Positions 47,529-57,268 of a DNA stretch of 64,000 nt are shown piece by piece. This stretch comes from Flavobacteriales bacterium (GTDB lineage Bacteria > Bacteroidota > Bacteroidia > NS11-12g > UBA955), in the NCBI GenBank assembly GCA_947447955.1, contig CANFLS010000012.1:2946-66945 (forward strand), in the 5' to 3' direction. The stretch's first letter is position 1. Each line of letters begins with the position of its first letter. The translations under genes were made by a program, and so were the position numbers. Below the pieces are notes generated by a model that saw only the letters and a program-made list of their open reading frames with translations, searched no databases and had not been told where the DNA came from.

Positions 47529-49444
47529 TAGAATCGAGATACTACATTGCCTAATTTATTGGCAATGTCAATTTTTACTGTATTTAAGAAATCTAAATAT
47601 TCTAAGATTTCATCATGCTGTTCTTCAGGCTGTTGTAATTTAAACTGTTCAGAAAGGATAATCTCTTCTATTTTAGTTCTGCGAATATTTAGAAAAATGG
47701 AAATCAGTTCATCTCGGTAATTGTCTTCTTCCGTTTTTACATAAATCATATTATCTAAAAAGGCAGGACTTAATTGATGATCGTTTGAAAACACGCCAGC
47801 CACAAATGAAGATATTTCTGTGTCTGTATGGTGAATAAAATATTCAACTCCAGGCCATTCAAACGTACCATCTGGCTTTATCAATTCATTCATGAACTTA
47901 CTTGCAAATGGATCTTTAAATTGAATACTCTCATCGGCCATATATTCTGTTAACGCAAAATCAAAAATCGTTTGATTTTCATCAAAGGACTTTGTTGCGT
48001 TCATGAGCAATGTACGAATCATGGCAATTTCTTGATGGACATCGCTCAGTGCTACAACAACCGGTTCATCAATAAATAAATTAACTACATTTTTAGTATC
48101 GGCAAATAATTGCTTTTTATCTTGAACAAGACTTATTCTCAATAACTTGCCAAGTTCCTGAGCCAAAACCTCTTCTTTTACATCGCAAATGCGCTCAAGT
48201 TCTTTAACAAGGGTTGTTCTTTTTAACGTATCCTTAATATAGGCAACAGATTGTAAAATATCTTTAATTGCCTCCGACTTTTGAATTGGGTCGTTTTGTG
48301 TTAATTGCAATAACAATTCAGCCTTGAAGAAAATAAAGTTCTTTTCAACCGATTGGATATAATCTTTGAATCCATCTGGACCCAATTTTTTACAATATGA
48401 ATCAGGATCTTCCCCTTCTGGCAGGGGCACAACACGCACGTTGATATCGTCGGCAAGCAACAAATCAATTCCCCTAAGCGACGCTTTAATACCAGCAGCA
48501 TCACCATCGTAAATTACGGTTACGTTGTTTGTAAATCGCTTGATAAGTTTAATTTGACCAGGAGTTAAAGCCGTTCCGCTACTTGCAACTGCATTTTCAA
48601 TTCCCGACTGATGCAATGTAATCACATCCGTATATCCCTCAGTCAATAAAACCTTATCAAGTTTCTTGATTGAATTTTTCGCTTGGTAAAGCGCAAATAG
48701 GAAGTCGCTTTTTTTGTATAATTCTGTTTCTGGGGAATTGACATACTTTGGTGCATTGTCTACCTTGCCCATAATACGACCCGCAAACCCTACTACTTTA
48801 CCACTAACCGCAATTAACGGAAAGATAACCCTGTTACGGAATAAATCGTAGGCAGAACCGTCAGAATCGCGCTGCTTAATCAATCCAGCCGATTTAAGCA
48901 TTTCATCCTTATAACCCGCTTTGATAGCTGCTTTGTAAAAGGCATCCCACGATTCAGGACTATACCCTAACTGCCATTTTTTAATTGTTTCTAAAGTAAA
49001 GCCGCGTTCTCGGTAATAAGGTAACGCAATATTCTTACCTTCTTCTTGGGTATGCAGTTGATCGGCAAAAAATTGAATGGCAAAATCATTGATAGATTGA
49101 ACCCCTTCTCTAAGCTTTTGACTTTCTTCGTATTCTTCTTTGTTGCCAACATTGGTTTCTACCAAATCAACGCTATAGCGTTTGGCAAGCATTCGGGCCG
49201 ATTCGGTAAAAGAAAGGTTTTCAATTTCCATCAAAAACTGAATTGAATTTCCACCTTTTTGGCAACCAAAACACTTATAAATGCCTAATGTTGGTGTTAC
49301 TGTAAAGCTTGGTGTTTTTTCATCATGAAAAGGACAATTCCCTTTAAATCTAGAACCAGATCGCTTTAAATTCACGTAATCACCTACTACATCTTCAATG
49401 ATGGCGGCGTTGAGCAATTGGTCTATGGAATTTGGACTTATCAT
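47528..49444 (-). CDS. dnaG: DNA primase
   Basis: Zinc ribbon CPFHDEKTPSFTV…CFGCQKGG. TOPRIM region (LTEGYTDV…DGDAAG). Confidence 0.9.
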   Translation of the reverse strand: MISPNSIDQLLNAAIIEDVVGDYVNLKRSGSRFKGNCPFHDEKTPSFTVTPTLGIYKCFGCQKGGNSIQFLMEIENLSFTESARMLAKRYSVDLVETNVGNKEEYEESQKLREGVQSINDFAIQFFADQLHTQEEGKNIALPYYRERGFTLETIKKWQLGYSPESWDAFYKAAIKAGYKDEMLKSAGLIKQRDSDGSAYDLFRNRVIFPLIAVSGKVVGFAGRIMGKVDNAPKYVNSPETELYKKSDFLFALYQAKNSIKKLDKVLLTEGYTDVITLHQSGIENAVASSGTALTPGQIKLIKRFTNNVTVIYDGDAAGIKASLRGIDLLLADDINVRVVPLPEGEDPDSYCKKLGPDGFKDYIQSVEKNFIFFKAELLLQLTQNDPIQKSEAIKDILQSVAYIKDTLKRTTLVKELERICDVKEEVLAQELGKLLRISLVQDKKQLFADTKNVVNLFIDEPVVVALSDVHQEIAMIRTLLMNATKSFDENQTIFDFALTEYMADESIQFKDPFASKFMNELIKPDGTFEWPGVEYFIHHTDTEISSFVAGVFSNDHQLSPAFLDNMIYVKTEEDNYRDELISIFLNIRRTKIEEIILSEQFKLQQPEEQHDEILEYLDFLNTVKIDIANKLGNVVSRF

Positions 49445-49533
49445 GAAAAGAATTTATTTTGTTTTTGTAGGAGATTGAACAAACAAAATTTAGATTTGCA
49501 ATTTACAATTGCCAATCAGTAAAAACAAAATTT

Positions 49534-50724
49534 ATGAGTTTAAAAGACAAGATACAGCAAAAAGCGAACGAAATTGCACCCGCACTCATTGAAATTAGAC
49601 ACCACATTCATGAAAATCCGGAATTGTCGTTTGAAGAATTTGAAACTCAAAAACTCATAGAAAGTTATTTGCAAAACAAACTTGGATTAACAACGCAACG
49701 CGTTGCAAATACTGGCGTTGTTGCGCTGATTGAAGGCAAAAACCCCTCAAAAAGAGTGGTTGCTTTAAGAGCCGACATGGACGCATTGCCAATTGTTGAA
49801 GTAAATGATGGACGTCCCTACCGCAGTAAAAAAGAAGGTGTTATGCATGCTTGTGGCCATGATGTACATACAACTTCACTGCTAGGTGCTGCTACCATTC
49901 TCAATGAATTAAAAAATGACTTTGAAGGAACCATTAAACTTGTATTTCAACCAGGAGAAGAAAAAATTCCCGGTGGAGCAAGTATGATGATTGCAGAAGG
50001 AGTTTTAAACAATCCAAAAGTAGATGTCATGATAGGCCAACATGTCATGCCATTTATTGAAACTGGCAAAACTGGATTTAGACCAGGCTTATATATGGCC
50101 AGTGCCGATGAGATTTATATTACTGTAAAAGGAAAAGGTGGACATGGTGCCATGCCTCATTTGTGCATTGATCCGGTGAGTATTGCTTCACAAATGATTG
50201 TAAGTTTGCAGCAGGTAGTTTCAAGAAGTGCAAATCCTATTATTCCTAGTGTATTGTCGTTTGGTAAGTTCATAGCAAACGGGGCAACCAATGTAATTCC
50301 AAGTGAAGTTTATATTGAGGGAACTTTCAGAACTTTGGATGAAAAATGGCGCGCTGAAGCCCACGAAAAGATGACAAAAATTGCCACGAGTATTGTTGAA
50401 GGATTTGGTGGGGAAGTGAATTTCGAAATCCGAAAGGGCTATCCTTTTTTGAAAAACAATGAAAGTTTAACAACGAATTGCCAGCATTTAGCCAAAGATT
50501 ATTTGGGTGAAGAAAATGTAATTGATTTGGATATTTGGATGGCTGCTGAAGATTTTTCTTATTACTCACAGCAAGTAGATAGTTGTTTCTATAGACTGGG
50601 AACAAGAAATAATACCAAAGGAACAACTTTTGGGGTTCATCATCCTTCGTTTGACATTGATGAGGATGCCATAGAGCACGGAGCTGGATTAATGGCTTAT
50701 TTGGCCATTAAAAACTTAGATTAA
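49534..50724 (+). CDS. M20-family amidohydrolase (N-acyl-amino-acid amidohydrolase-like)
   Basis: MHACGHDVHT metal-binding motif. About 396 aa. Confidence 0.75.
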   Translation: MSLKDKIQQKANEIAPALIEIRHHIHENPELSFEEFETQKLIESYLQNKLGLTTQRVANTGVVALIEGKNPSKRVVALRADMDALPIVEVNDGRPYRSKKEGVMHACGHDVHTTSLLGAATILNELKNDFEGTIKLVFQPGEEKIPGGASMMIAEGVLNNPKVDVMIGQHVMPFIETGKTGFRPGLYMASADEIYITVKGKGGHGAMPHLCIDPVSIASQMIVSLQQVVSRSANPIIPSVLSFGKFIANGATNVIPSEVYIEGTFRTLDEKWRAEAHEKMTKIATSIVEGFGGEVNFEIRKGYPFLKNNESLTTNCQHLAKDYLGEENVIDLDIWMAAEDFSYYSQQVDSCFYRLGTRNNTKGTTFGVHHPSFDIDEDAIEHGAGLMAYLAIKNLD

Positions 50725-51119
50725 GCGCCGATTATTCCGCAGAGGTTTTCTACAGCAACATCCCAAATGGATGCGGCCATTTCCGCTTCATCTTCGTTTA
50801 CGAATTCAGTAATGAGCAATTCAACATCGCCAGTTATGGCATCTTGTTCAATTCTAAATTCTAAAAATTCGCCTTCGGCAGAGCCTTCAATGGCAAATTT
50901 GATGTATTTATTGGGTACGTTTTTAATGATTTTCGCTTGATATTCTGTTCCGTCGTTCCAAGCGAAACGGTATCTCACACCGCCAAAAATATCAACATGG
51001 TCGGCAAACCAGCTTTGCAAGCCTGAAGGATTGGAAATATATTGGAATAAAATATGTGGAGAAGACCTCAATGAATATTCCAATTCAATTTTCGATCTTT
51101 TGATTCCTTCTGTGGCCAT
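50721..51119 (-). CDS. SRPBCC (START/Bet v1-like) domain protein
   Basis: 132 aa. Composition and length match the AHSA1/START-like family. No catalytic motif. Confidence 0.4.
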   Translation of the reverse strand: MATEGIKRSKIELEYSLRSSPHILFQYISNPSGLQSWFADHVDIFGGVRYRFAWNDGTEYQAKIIKNVPNKYIKFAIEGSAEGEFLEFRIEQDAITGDVELLITEFVNEDEAEMAASIWDVAVENLCGIIGA

Positions 51120-51228
51120 AATGTTTAATATTTTATTATAAAAAGTTTCAATTTAGTGTTTTTTATGTTGCAATGAAATAATTTCAGTTGATAATTCAAA
51201 ATTTTCGTTAAATAACTTGTAATTATAT

Positions 51229-51858
51229 TTGCACAACTTTATGAATTTCAAAAAATACGTTGTTATCAATTTGTGCATTGCTTTGGTCATTGGTATTTGC
51301 GCTGCGCTTATGGGTTTCAACAATTTTACACTTAAAATTCACAATTTTTATTCGTTACAACTCGACAGGTATATCAAAAACTATACCATTTGGGCAGAAT
51401 GGCCTGTAATTGTATTGGGAATTTTCTTAATGATACGAATTAATTGGCGAAAAGGCTTATGGTTCTCTCTCGTTTTCGGAATTGAAGCAATTATTGTCCA
51501 ATTATTTAAATTTCAATTAAATTTACCTAGACCTATTGAGAAATTTGGACCAGCAATTCGACAAATTGACGGTGAAGTTCTCAAACATTTTCAAGCTTTC
51601 CCTAGTGGACATACCTCAGCAGCGTTTTTTGCAACCGGAATGATTATCTTATCGTTACCCAAACATAAACTCCGAAACATAACCCTTTATATATCAATTT
51701 TTTCAGCTTTTCTTATCGGTTACAGTCGCATTTATTTGGGGCAACACAGCATTGAAGATACGATAGCTGGTTGTATAATTGCCAATATTTTCTTTTATCT
51801 TGCGGGAATTACCTATCCGCTAATAGAAGAGAGATTCAATTCTAAGAAACTTAATTAA
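51229..51858 (+). CDS. PAP2-family membrane phosphatase (LpxE/LpxF-like candidate)
   Basis: KFQLNLPRP, PSGHTS and SRIYLGQHSIEDTIAG PAP2 motifs. Multiple TM helices. Confidence 0.6.
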   Translation: MHNFMNFKKYVVINLCIALVIGICAALMGFNNFTLKIHNFYSLQLDRYIKNYTIWAEWPVIVLGIFLMIRINWRKGLWFSLVFGIEAIIVQLFKFQLNLPRPIEKFGPAIRQIDGEVLKHFQAFPSGHTSAAFFATGMIILSLPKHKLRNITLYISIFSAFLIGYSRIYLGQHSIEDTIAGCIIANIFFYLAGITYPLIEERFNSKKLN

Positions 51859-53543
51859 TGCAGAAAACACAAGTACATATCATATTTACCCTTATTTCAG
51901 CATTATTGTTGATGGCAGGATTAAATATGGTTCCATTATTTGATTGGGATGAATTGAATTTCGCAGAAAGTGCGAGAGAAATGGTGCTTACCAAAAACTA
52001 TTTGTATACGCAAGTAGGATTTGAGCCATTTTATGAAAAGCCACCCTTATTTATTTGGTTACAATCAATAGGAATTCATATTGGTGGAATACATGCTTGG
52101 GTTTTCAAATTGCCAAATGTTATTGCCGGAATTATTTCGGTAAACTTGGCATACCACATTGGTTCAAATGCAGGTAAAAAAATGTTAGGCGCATTTTGGG
52201 CAATGACAATCTTATTGTCTCTCGCTCCTTTCATCTACTGGAAATCAGGTATTATTGATCCAGTCTTTAATTTGTTTATCTTCTTGTCGATGTACAAATG
52301 GTATCAAATTTCACAAGCCGGAATTAACCAAGAAAGGGCACATATTTATTATTTAATGTCAGGCATTTTTTTAGGACTGGCAGTGCTCACCAAAGGACCT
52401 GTTGCCATTCTCATTTTGGCACTCGTGGTTTTAGCGACTACTGCATCTAGAAGTAAATGGCATGAAATATTTGACGGTAAGATTTTGCTATTTTTTACGG
52501 GATTTATTGCAGTTTTGGCTTGTTGGATTATTCCACTTATCCAATCAAACGGACAAGCATTTTTCTCTCATTTTATTGATTATCAAGTTATTTTATTTAA
52601 AGGACAGATTCCATATCACAACCAACCATGGTTCTACCATATTGTAGTACTCTTGGTATTGTGTTTTCCCTCCGCAATTTTGGCATTCCCCCATTTGGTA
52701 GGTAATGTTGTAATGGATAGAAACGTAGATATTTTGCATTTATTTATGCGTTCTTTATTCTGGATCGTGTTAATCATATTCAGTATTGCAACCACCAAAA
52801 TCATTCATTACAGCAGCCTTTGTTGGTGGCCACTCACCTATTTTGGTGCTTATCAGGTTTATTTGATTTATACCAACCGAGGCAAATTTCCTTATTGGTT
52901 AAATATTCCATTGTTCTTCGTTGGACTAGCATTAATACTTGGGTTATGGGGAATACCATTGGCGGCAACCATCAGGCCTGTTCCGACCATTTTATTGAAT
53001 AATTTAGACGCTTATTCACAGGATATTTTACTCAATATGCCTAAATGGAATTGGACAACGTTAATTCCTGCTTCATTGTTTACGTTTTGGTTCATTCCAT
53101 GGATTGTTCTTTCGTTTTTTGGAAAAAAACCAAATCCTATTTATTTGTATGTTTTATCAGGCGCAGTAGCAATCACCTCTTATTTCACCTTGCTTCCTGC
53201 CGTTGCAAATAGCAGCCAAGGACCGGTTACCAATGCAATTAAGGTATTTCGTAAAAAAGGAATATTTTTAGAAACTTGGGGCTATAAAACTTATGCGCTT
53301 TATTTTCACTCGAATTTAACGGCTAAAGATTTTGAGGGAATGATTACCGAAAACCCACTTCCCGAGAATGAAATTTATCCAAAACAAGAAAAAAGACGAC
53401 TACATGCCCACAACCCAAATAATCATCAAAAAATGTATGTTATCACAAAAAATACATTCCAACCTGATGAATCATTCAATCAAAAATTCCAAGCATATAA
53501 TCAATTAAAACTGGGTGGATATATTGTTTGGCAAAGAAAGTAA
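51858..53543 (+). CDS. GT39/GT83-family (ArnT/PMT-like) membrane glycosyltransferase
   Basis: N-terminal PLFDWDELNFAESAREM…YEKPPL, which resembles the ArnT/PMT DE-motif loop. About 12 TM helices. ATGA overlap with the upstream PAP2 gene. Confidence 0.6.
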   Translation: MQKTQVHIIFTLISALLLMAGLNMVPLFDWDELNFAESAREMVLTKNYLYTQVGFEPFYEKPPLFIWLQSIGIHIGGIHAWVFKLPNVIAGIISVNLAYHIGSNAGKKMLGAFWAMTILLSLAPFIYWKSGIIDPVFNLFIFLSMYKWYQISQAGINQERAHIYYLMSGIFLGLAVLTKGPVAILILALVVLATTASRSKWHEIFDGKILLFFTGFIAVLACWIIPLIQSNGQAFFSHFIDYQVILFKGQIPYHNQPWFYHIVVLLVLCFPSAILAFPHLVGNVVMDRNVDILHLFMRSLFWIVLIIFSIATTKIIHYSSLCWWPLTYFGAYQVYLIYTNRGKFPYWLNIPLFFVGLALILGLWGIPLAATIRPVPTILLNNLDAYSQDILLNMPKWNWTTLIPASLFTFWFIPWIVLSFFGKKPNPIYLYVLSGAVAITSYFTLLPAVANSSQGPVTNAIKVFRKKGIFLETWGYKTYALYFHSNLTAKDFEGMITENPLPENEIYPKQEKRRLHAHNPNNHQKMYVITKNTFQPDESFNQKFQAYNQLKLGGYIVWQRK

Positions 53544-53614
53544 TACACTTTACCAAACCAAAATAGGATTATTTGTACCAAATTATTATATTGCCTAATT
53601 AGTAAAACTCCGTA

Positions 53615-54559
53615 ATGAAAAACTCCAACAAGTGTATAATAGTATCTGAATGGGAATACGGAGCAGGAAAACCAGGAACATCAAAAGGACCTCAAACTCT
53701 TCTCGATGTTTGCACTAATTCCCCAAATCATATAATGAGCGAAACAAGTGTATTTTCTGTTCCACAAGAAATTGACGACAAAGAGAAAATACCCTTACCT
53801 GAATACTTAAAAAGGGCTCAACCTTTTATCAAACATCAAAAAGGCTATGCCCAGTTGGTAGAAAGTTGTTTGAATGCAAACAAATTGCCAATTATATTGA
53901 GTGGCGACCATAGCAATGCAATTGGAAGTTTGGCCGGATTTTGCCGACATTTTGGTTGCGAAAATACAGGTGTACTATGGATTGATGCCCATTTGGATTT
54001 GCACTCTCCCTATACCACTCCAAGTGGAAATATCCATGGAATGGCATTGAATGCAAGTTTGAATAACGACAATATCGAAAACCAATGTAATGAACTGGAT
54101 GCTGATACCATTTCTTTGTGGGACGAAATAAAATCCCTCAAAAACAACGAAAACACCCAGCAACTAAATCCTAAAAACATCGTTTTTATCGGAATCCGCA
54201 GTTACGAAAAACCTGAAATTGAACTTACCAAATCGCTTGGAATCAATATCATTTTTGCCGAAGATGTTAAGAAAAACGGCATGAAATGGGCAATTGAACA
54301 AGCTGAGGAAATGCTAAGAAACACGGAACAATTGTACGTGAGCTTTGATGTTGATAGCCTTGATCCAAGTATTTCTAAAGGAACTGGAACGCCAGTGAAA
54401 GGCGGGTTGAATATACAACAAGCCGATGAATTACTGAGCTATTTATACAATCAAGAAAAGGTGAAAGCTTTTGAAATTACTGAGATTAATCCATCATTAG
54501 AAGACAACAATCAAATGTCGTTTGCTGTTGCAGGTTTAATTGAACGTAATTTCGTTTAA
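53615..54559 (+). CDS. arginase/ureohydrolase-family protein (formimidoylglutamase/agmatinase-like)
   Basis: Metal-binding motifs LSGDHS, WIDAHLDLHSP and SFDVDSLDP. Confidence 0.6.
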   Translation: MKNSNKCIIVSEWEYGAGKPGTSKGPQTLLDVCTNSPNHIMSETSVFSVPQEIDDKEKIPLPEYLKRAQPFIKHQKGYAQLVESCLNANKLPIILSGDHSNAIGSLAGFCRHFGCENTGVLWIDAHLDLHSPYTTPSGNIHGMALNASLNNDNIENQCNELDADTISLWDEIKSLKNNENTQQLNPKNIVFIGIRSYEKPEIELTKSLGINIIFAEDVKKNGMKWAIEQAEEMLRNTEQLYVSFDVDSLDPSISKGTGTPVKGGLNIQQADELLSYLYNQEKVKAFEITEINPSLEDNNQMSFAVAGLIERNFV

Positions 54560-54561
54560 AA

Positions 54562-55575
54562 TTAAATTGATTCGATAGCCCACTGCATAGTGTCTACACC
54601 ATCTGCATAATCCCAAAGCGTTGGACATTGGGTTTGTCCCAAACGCAAATGGGTTATTTCGGTATTTTCACTTACAATACACTGAATATTTTCAGAAATT
54701 TCTGCAAAAACAGCTTTCAATTCGTTGATGTTTGAATAATATTCATAGTTAATCATTCCAACTGGAGAATACAATTCTTTTCTATCTTTCATTAATACAT
54801 ATCCAGCATCAATATGCGGATCTAGGTTCATCAATAACAATGCTTTGTGGTAATTGTAATTATTTACATATTTATTATGGAAAGCCACATCGGCATGTGA
54901 TTTTTCCCACACGTCAAAAAGCGTTTTGAACTCATAATTTTCTGGTAAATATACTTTGGTTACATTGCGGCAACCTAGCCCAAAAAAATCAAACACATCA
55001 TTCCCAAATGCAATTAATTGATCTTCTGTTTCATTACCAGTAATAACCGCAATGCTATTTCTATTTTTCCTTAGAATATGGGGGATATTTCTAAAATAGT
55101 ATTCAAAATACCGAGATGAATTATTGCTACCTGTTGCAATTGCAGCATCTACATTTTTAAATTGATCTGAAAATTCAATTTGAGTTCCCCAAATAGGATT
55201 AATTTTGGCTGCCTCTGAAGTCCAAAACTTAGGCAAAAACTCATCGTCTGATGAACATTTGGCAATCATTTTGTATCCTGCAAGAACACCAACAATGAGG
55301 TCATGCATTCCCACCAAAGGAATATTGCCAGCCATAATAACACCCATTCTTTTGTTATGAATCTCTAGAGGCAAGGAATATTTAGATAACCATTGATCTA
55401 TATTCTCATCTGACAATGCATCAATCCAACTCTGAATACTCTTTTCAGTTTGTTTTAATTCGAACCACTGATTGTTAATCTGTGCTGTATACAACATTGA
55501 CTGCCAACTTTCATCGGTTTTATAATTTACGATTGACTGTCGCAAAGCCAACAATGCTTCTTTTTGAAAACTCAT
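54562..55575 (-). CDS. LuxC-like acyl-CoA reductase-family protein
   Basis: 337 aa. Flavobacterial 'acyl-CoA reductase'-type sequence (…RMGVIMAGNIPLVG…). Family call is tentative. Confidence 0.35.
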   Translation of the reverse strand: MSFQKEALLALRQSIVNYKTDESWQSMLYTAQINNQWFELKQTEKSIQSWIDALSDENIDQWLSKYSLPLEIHNKRMGVIMAGNIPLVGMHDLIVGVLAGYKMIAKCSSDDEFLPKFWTSEAAKINPIWGTQIEFSDQFKNVDAAIATGSNNSSRYFEYYFRNIPHILRKNRNSIAVITGNETEDQLIAFGNDVFDFFGLGCRNVTKVYLPENYEFKTLFDVWEKSHADVAFHNKYVNNYNYHKALLLMNLDPHIDAGYVLMKDRKELYSPVGMINYEYYSNINELKAVFAEISENIQCIVSENTEITHLRLGQTQCPTLWDYADGVDTMQWAIESI

Positions 55576-55659
55576 TATGGTGCAAAAATACGGCTAAATT
55601 ATGATGCCATTTTTTTTGAATGTAACAAAATGTGCTATTTCGTCGTAATTTTGTATATA

Positions 55660-56379
55660 ATGCGAAACAAATTCATTCTTTTATTTGTAGCAAGTCTTTG
55701 CTTATTTTCAAATTCAAACGCTCAAAGTAAGTGGTATTTGGGATTGAGTGCTGCAACATGTGCTGCCAAAACTGCCACTGCCGATACCTTGGCCAATAAT
55801 TTCACTACCAGAAATCGTTGGGGTGCCGCTTTTAACCTTGGCGGATATTATGAAATGAACAGGGTTTCATCTATTCATTTTGGCGTTGGGATTATCAACA
55901 AAGGTTACAAAATCAATAACGACACTCTTTCACTAAACAACTACGTAAATAGCAGCATCACCGCTTTAAATGCAAATTTAGGCTTGTCTTTCAAGCAAAG
56001 ATTCGGTGGTTCTATGTACATCATGGAAAAAATTGGCGGAGTTATTAATTATAACCAAAGTCCATCGACTGTAAGAGATACCTTTTACAATGCAACTTCA
56101 AAGCCTACCTTTAGAATTATCCAAACTGAAACTAACAAATGGTATCCGATGATTTATTTGGGATTTGTTATGGGGGGAAGTAATGAGCGTGGCGATAGAT
56201 ACGAGTTTAACATTACCTACCAACAATCGTTGAGTACCTCACACGAGTTACAAGTTCAAACTGGTGAATTTTATAGCAAAGCCTTTCCTCTAAATTTTAG
56301 AGGGGGTAATCTTCAAATTGGTATTGCTTATTATTTCAATTTAGGGAATATTAAGAAGAATGAGGAGTATTATTATTAG
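55660..56379 (+). CDS. small outer-membrane beta-barrel protein (start at MRNKFILLF)
   Basis: Signal peptide (SNSNAQ). 240 aa. Beta-strand-rich. Confidence 0.45.
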   Translation: MRNKFILLFVASLCLFSNSNAQSKWYLGLSAATCAAKTATADTLANNFTTRNRWGAAFNLGGYYEMNRVSSIHFGVGIINKGYKINNDTLSLNNYVNSSITALNANLGLSFKQRFGGSMYIMEKIGGVINYNQSPSTVRDTFYNATSKPTFRIIQTETNKWYPMIYLGFVMGGSNERGDRYEFNITYQQSLSTSHELQVQTGEFYSKAFPLNFRGGNLQIGIAYYFNLGNIKKNEEYYY

Positions 56380-56390
56380 GGGAATTCTAA

Positions 56391-56503
56391 GGTTTATAAG
56401 GGTTTATGAAGGTTTATAAAAGTTTATAAGGGTTAAAACTAAACGCATGGCAATTCTATGGTTTATAAGTGTTTATGAAGGTTTATAAAAGTTTATAAGG
56501 GTT
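56391..56503 (+). repeat. 10-bp-phased GTTTATAARR blocks: a 44-bp unit (4 x 10 bp) present twice with a 69-bp period
   Basis: ggtttataagggtttatgaaggtttataaaagtttataagggtt at 56391-56434, and ggtttataagtgtttatgaaggtttataaaagtttataagggtt at 56460-56503. They are separated by aaaactaaacgcatggcaattctat. Confidence 0.9.
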
Positions 56504-56523
56504 AACAAAGTAAGTGAATAAAA

Positions 56524-56677
56524 TAAACAGCGAAGCGTAAACTACGAAGTGTAAACTACGAAGTGTAAACTACGAAGTATAAACTACGAAGTATAAACTA
56601 CGAAGTATAAACAGCGAAGCGTAAACAGCGAAGCGTAAACAACGAAGTGTCAACAACGAAGTGTAAACAGCGAAGCG
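56524..56677 (+). repeat. 14-bp tandem repeat x11 (TAAACWRCGAAGYR)
   Basis: taaacagcgaagcg, then taaactacgaagtg x2, taaactacgaagta x3, taaacagcgaagcg x2, taaacaacgaagtg, tcaacaacgaagtg, taaacagcgaagcg. Perfect 14-bp register. Confidence 0.95.
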
Positions 56678-56694
56678 TCAACAATAAAATAAAT

Positions 56695-57264
56695 ATGAAA
56701 TACATTTTAATCATTATTTCGATTTTAATAGGTGGTGGTAATTTATTTGGTCAAAAGATCAATGCCAAAAGAAAACAGCCAGTCGATCCAATGGTTCGTT
56801 ATTGTGAGGAAATTGACAATGTTTATAATCGAAATCCAACTAACGATTCTATAAAAAAGCTTTGCGCCTATGCACTGTATTCTCGAATTGACAAATTACC
56901 GAGCTTTGGTTTAGGCAACCTCATTAAATATACCGAAGCCATTGATTCAATAGACGTGATGCTGTTTGCAATGCGTTTGATGGAGAAAAAATACCCTCAG
57001 GTATTTCCTGAGTCATTCGATATGTTGCCAGCTATTCGCGTAGAAATGTATAAATACCCGAAGAAATTCTCAAAAGCCTTTCAAATTACAGAGTATAAAC
57101 TCACAAAAGCCTTTGATTTCTTTTATTTCAAATGGTATTGCTTCTTCCTATTCAAAGAAAAGGGTGAAAAAGCACTAGAAGAAGCCATATCGAAATATTT
57201 AGATAAAAATAATATTACTCCGGAAAACGCAGAATTTATTGTTTTCCATGTGGCAAATGAATAA
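56695..57264 (+). CDS. hypothetical secreted protein (start at MKYILIIIS; the ORF-track N-extension is repeat-derived)
   Basis: Signal peptide. 190 aa. No recognisable motif. Confidence 0.4.
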   Translation: MKYILIIISILIGGGNLFGQKINAKRKQPVDPMVRYCEEIDNVYNRNPTNDSIKKLCAYALYSRIDKLPSFGLGNLIKYTEAIDSIDVMLFAMRLMEKKYPQVFPESFDMLPAIRVEMYKYPKKFSKAFQITEYKLTKAFDFFYFKWYCFFLFKEKGEKALEEAISKYLDKNNITPENAEFIVFHVANE

Positions 57265-57268
57265 TTAT

